Assembly (NCBI GenBank): GCA_949358305.1
Contig: OX442314.1
Span: forward strand, 29,264,001 to 29,328,000
Source: Strigamia acuminata
Lineage: Eukaryota
DNA length: 64,000 nucleotides
Direction: 5' to 3'
Shown here: positions 59,852 to 64,000 of the stretch, in pieces
Position numbering within the stretch: the stretch's first letter is position 1
Layout: each line of letters opens with the position of its first letter
Notes under the pieces: generated by a model
What the model was told of the DNA's origin: nothing
Databases searched by the model: none
What the model saw: the letters and a program-made list of their open reading frames with translations, nothing else
Program-made: the position numbers and the translations under genes

Positions 59852-60457
59852 CTTTTACAAGATATATTTTCATTTCCACTTACACATTGAAGCATTACGA
59901 CATTGAGGCATGTATCGGGTACTATAAAATCACTTTGAGTTGATTTCGAATTCTGTAAACAGTTGTTGTACACTAACACCCTCGACCAAATCAAATCTGT
60001 GCATCGATTCAACGCGGTTTTGAATTCGAGACTATTTGTCCAGTTTGAGATCATCTTTTTTTGCGTTTTTGCCTTCGTAAAAATAACAAAAGAAAAAATT
60101 AAAAATTTCATTTTTCACATTTTCTATTAAATTACCTTACTTTTGTTTTAATCGCTTAAGTCGACTCGACCAATCTTTGTCGTAGCTTGAAATACACACA
60201 ATAAACGCCAGAAAGGGCCAGCAAACGGATATAAACATCCAAACACTGCCGTAAATTTCCAAAACAAACCCAAACAACACGAGTATGAACGCAAAAATCA
60301 ATAAAAACGCGTCGAATCGGTTCCAAACGGTGACACAGACAAGAAGGGCCGAGAAAAGTGCCAACAAACTGCAGCTGACGAAGAAAAAGTCTACGAGAAG
60401 TTGCAGAACATCGTAGAAGGCAATCCAACACAGTTCATCCCAGTCAAAAAAAATCAT
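59852..60457 (-). CDS. Possible small multi-TM membrane protein, spliced, unknown family
   Basis: Hydrophobic 106-aa ORF ending at a GTAAG donor, then a Cys-rich ORF also ending at GTAAG; head-to-head with the EndoG-like gene. Confidence 0.4.
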
Positions 60458-60851
60458 CTGTACATTGCTGAAGACTTGAAATTTGGAATTTAGGGCTAAG
60501 AACTAAACAAAACCCAAACAACAACAATCACGTCATTTCATGTCCAAACCTATATCCGCATTTCCCGCACTACACGGACTAAAAGGGAAAAATTCAATCC
60601 GAACGAGAATTCGACGAAACACGACCACGAAAAAGGCAAATTCCACGACTGATTATTCGGCCGAAACACGGAAATCTCATCACACAATCCCGCCGATGCA
60701 CGGCGCTTCATTCTGCTTTTCTCCAACAATAAAACCGCGCGAAACAATAACAAAAATAAAAGACAAAAACAACAAAAAATCAACCGCATTGCAAAATCCA
60801 AAATTTCCAAGTATACAAAATTCGAAAAATCGCAACTAACCACAAACTTCC

Positions 60852-63800
60852 ATGTCTTGCTTACGAGCACTGCGTTTCGCAACGTCCACCGGCTTCGGCG
60901 GATGTTTGTACGCGACTTTATCGCACAAACTAAGACGAAATTTCACCAAAGTCAACGCGGACGACCAAGACGTCACATTCAGCCAGTCGTTTCTCGACCA
61001 GTCGTTCGTCGAACCGCCCTACCCCGTAGAATACATCGAACCCTCGCATTATACTTTAAACTATAATGCAGAAACCTCGCTCGGCGACGGCTCAACGGAC
61101 GATTCGGCGGATAACGCGCGTTACCATTCGGCCATCGCCGACCAACCGACGCCGTCGTTTTACGCAGACAAGACCATTGGAGATTCTTTTGTGGAGGTAT
61201 CGTGCGACCAATGGATATATCGGATGCAGCATTCGGCGTTTGATAAGTCTCCCGACTCGCCGCTTGCCGAGATGCCGCCGCCCGCCGAGAAGAAGCCGCC
61301 CGCCGAAAAGACGCCGCCCGCCGAGAAGACGCCGCCCGAAAAGGTGATCGTGAGGACCGAAGCGTCGTTCTTCGACAAAGAGCGCGATGTCCAAGGACTG
61401 TTCGACTTCTTCGACGAGGTACCCGTCCGCGAGAAGACTCCCGTGGCGCTGGACAAGAATAAAAAGGAGATTCCGAAGGCAAAGAAATGGCGGATGCCGA
61501 AAGAGGCCGAACCCAAAGTCGACGAGCGACCGGAGTTCAGCAAGACGACCGGACAGTTGCCGAGTCACGGCATCTACATGACGCCGGCGGAAGTGGCGGA
61601 GCAAAAGATAGCGTACGAAAAATGGGTTGAGAAGAAACGACAGGAATGGGTCGGAGGGTACATGCAGGACTACCAAAACTTACTCGCCAAACAAAGAGGC
61701 GAACTCGAAGACATTCCGGAAGACGTTCCGGTTTTGGAAGAAAAGGACGTCGAGGCGAGTCCGGGCCGGTTGAAACCGCAGACGAGTAGACGGGCCTTGC
61801 TCGAAGAGTTTCCGGAGGACAAGTACGGGGAAATGGAGCTCGACGAGCCGATTAGGCCGGAAGACTGGTGCCCCGGTGCGACGAGTTCGCCGAGTTCGCC
61901 GGTGAGCAAACCGGTCGCGAAGACCAAGGTGAAGCCGGTGGACATTACGCCGCCAATGGAGTGGTGCCCGGGTACGTCGAGTACGCCGGTGAGCAAACCG
62001 GTCACGAAGACCAAGGAGAAGCCGGTGGATAAACCGATCGCGAAGGCCAAGGGGAAGCCGGTGGACATTTTCGGCGACCCTGTTGAGGATGACTTTGAGT
62101 TCGAAGAGTACGAGCAAGAGAATTTGGAGTTTACGGGTTCCGTCGACGCGAAAGGGGCTCAACAGAAACTCAAAAGCGAGAATTACGCGTGGACTAAAAA
62201 AAAGGACCCGGACGCTGAGGAGGAATTCAAAATGCCACTCCAGTGCAGGTTTATGGTGACCGGCACTTCGAAAGACTTGGTCGATCCGCAGAAAACTCGC
62301 ATTTACGACAAATCCCACATCCCGGCGAAACCACGCTTCAAGATTTACGAAGACGAACCGGCGGAACCGGCCAAGACACCAAAGAAAGCCAAAAAAGATG
62401 AAGAAAAGGGCAAAGAATTGGCCAAAGAGCAGCAAATGGTAGATTCGAAGCGTTTAAAGGAGAAAGCGTCGGGTGATGAATGGGACCTTAAATCCAGGCG
62501 GGAACGACGTGCTGCGGCGTCCAGAGATGTGGATGAGAGACGCCAGTTGCCGCCTACGATTCCTAGGCGAGGAATCCATAAAACGACGAGAGAAAGTGGG
62601 GAAGTTGGCCCGAGTAGGGCGCCTTTGCTTCCGTCAGGGAGCGGGCGTGCTTCGCGAGGGGTTTGTGGAGAGGGAAGCGTGCATTTTCTCGATAGGAGTC
62701 CGTATGTTGGTGGGAAGGATATTTTTCCGCATTTTGAAGTGCCTGTTAGGAGCGTTTTGAAGTTTAAGGATTTTTTGCTGTGTTATGATACTCAAACTAA
62801 GACTCCGGTTTGGACGTTGGAGCATGTGACGAAGGAAAATGTGAAGGAGATGACGTGGTATCCTCCTACGACTAAAGCGGATTGTAAAATTCCTGCGGAG
62901 TTTCAGGCTGGGCAACAGGATTATTGGAAAGTGATGAATAGGTTCAGGGAGATGTTGGTTGTGAATGTAGAATTGCATTCTGATCATGCGGAAGAAGTTT
63001 GTGTGTACACTAATGTGGCGCCTCAGGTAGAGATAATTGGGTTAGTTCCATTCAAAGTTTCTGTTTGTATAATAGTGAAAAACGAAGACAAAAATGAATT
63101 TTTGGTCCGGAAAATAAATTTTTAATTCGGAAAAATGACTTTTTGGTCCAGAAAATGAAATTTTGGTCCGGAAAAATGAAATTTCGGTCCGGAAAAATGA
63201 ATTTTCTGTCCGGAAAATGAATTTTCGGTTTGGAAAATAAATTTTTGCTTCGGAAAAATAAATTTCAGTTCGGAAAAATAAATTTCAGTTCAGAAAAATA
63301 AATTTCAGTTTCGGAAAACGAATTATCGCTTATCGGTTCGGAAAATAAATTTTTGGTCCGGAAAATAAATTTTTGGTCCGAAAAATAAATTTTTGGTCCA
63401 AAAAATAAATTTTTAGTCCGGAAAATAAATTTTTGGTCCGAAAAATAAATTTTTGTTCCAGAAAATAAATTTTTAGTCCGAAAAATAAATCTACGATTTA
63501 TAAAATAAAATCAGAAACTTTGAACAGCTCCTATTCAACCAAATTGTTATTTAATGTATTTTGGTGTTGACTTTGTCTTCTTAGGCAACAGGTGGCAAAA
63601 CCCACGGAGCAAAAACCCTATGGACCGAATTGCAGGAATACACGGCTCATCTATTAAAAAAGCACGACCACATTTGGATTTTATCTGGTGTTTTGTATTT
63701 ACCAACGTAAAGGATTTTTGCTGCATTTAAGCCAACCTTTCATTAACCTCTTTCCATTCGTTCAGGAGGAACAAAGCGCGTAAACTGGTCGTGAAATACG

Positions 63801-64000
63801 AAACCATCGGCAAGCAGAGAGTGGCAGTCCCATCGCACTTTTTCAAAGTGATACTCGCCACGACTGCAAACCGTCCTGGCTTTCGTCTTGAATGCTACAA
63901 ATTTCCAAACGAAGTCCTTCAAGATCTCAACTTGTCTTGCCACCACGTCTCAAGATCCGAGTTGGAGATGGATGCTGGCTTTAAGATATTCGAGCGCGTC
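60852..64000 (+). CDS. Endonuclease G-like protein with ~620-aa low-complexity N-terminal extension; runs off the right edge
   Basis: Exons 60852-63026, 63585-63706, 63766->64000. Motifs YDTQTKTPVWTLEH, TNVAPQ, SGVLYLP, VKYETIG, VAVPSHFFKV. Confidence 0.85.
63093..63490. repeat. Intronic minisatellite, ~20-bp unit GAAAATAAATTTTTGGTCCG
   Basis: Tandem array visible directly. Confidence 0.9.

Overview
Eukaryotic, AT-rich, intron-containing DNA from an invertebrate, probably an arthropod (inferred from TTAGG-type repeats and a Copia element carrying a methyl-CpG-binding domain). Well over half of the window is transposon-derived: two related Ty3/Gypsy elements, an MBD-bearing Copia, two Gag-protease-only mini LTR elements, solo LTRs, a BEL/Pao remnant, a Tc1/foldback-like element and several MITEs. 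Host genes are a 12-exon DEG/ENaC-family gene encoding TWO channel subunits in one polypeptide, the 3' half of a paralogue of it, an F-type lectin, a divergent FBPase and an EndoG-like gene lacking catalytic residues. Highlights: (1) the natural two-subunit DEG/ENaC concatemer; (2) a Gypsy provirus whose 5' LTR is replaced by a U5 fold-back hairpin yet is flanked by a TSD; (3) an 812-aa non-Env extra ORF in that element; (4) the Copia MBD; (5) two neighbouring probable pseudo-enzymes. Gene models and boundaries were read by eye and no database search was run.
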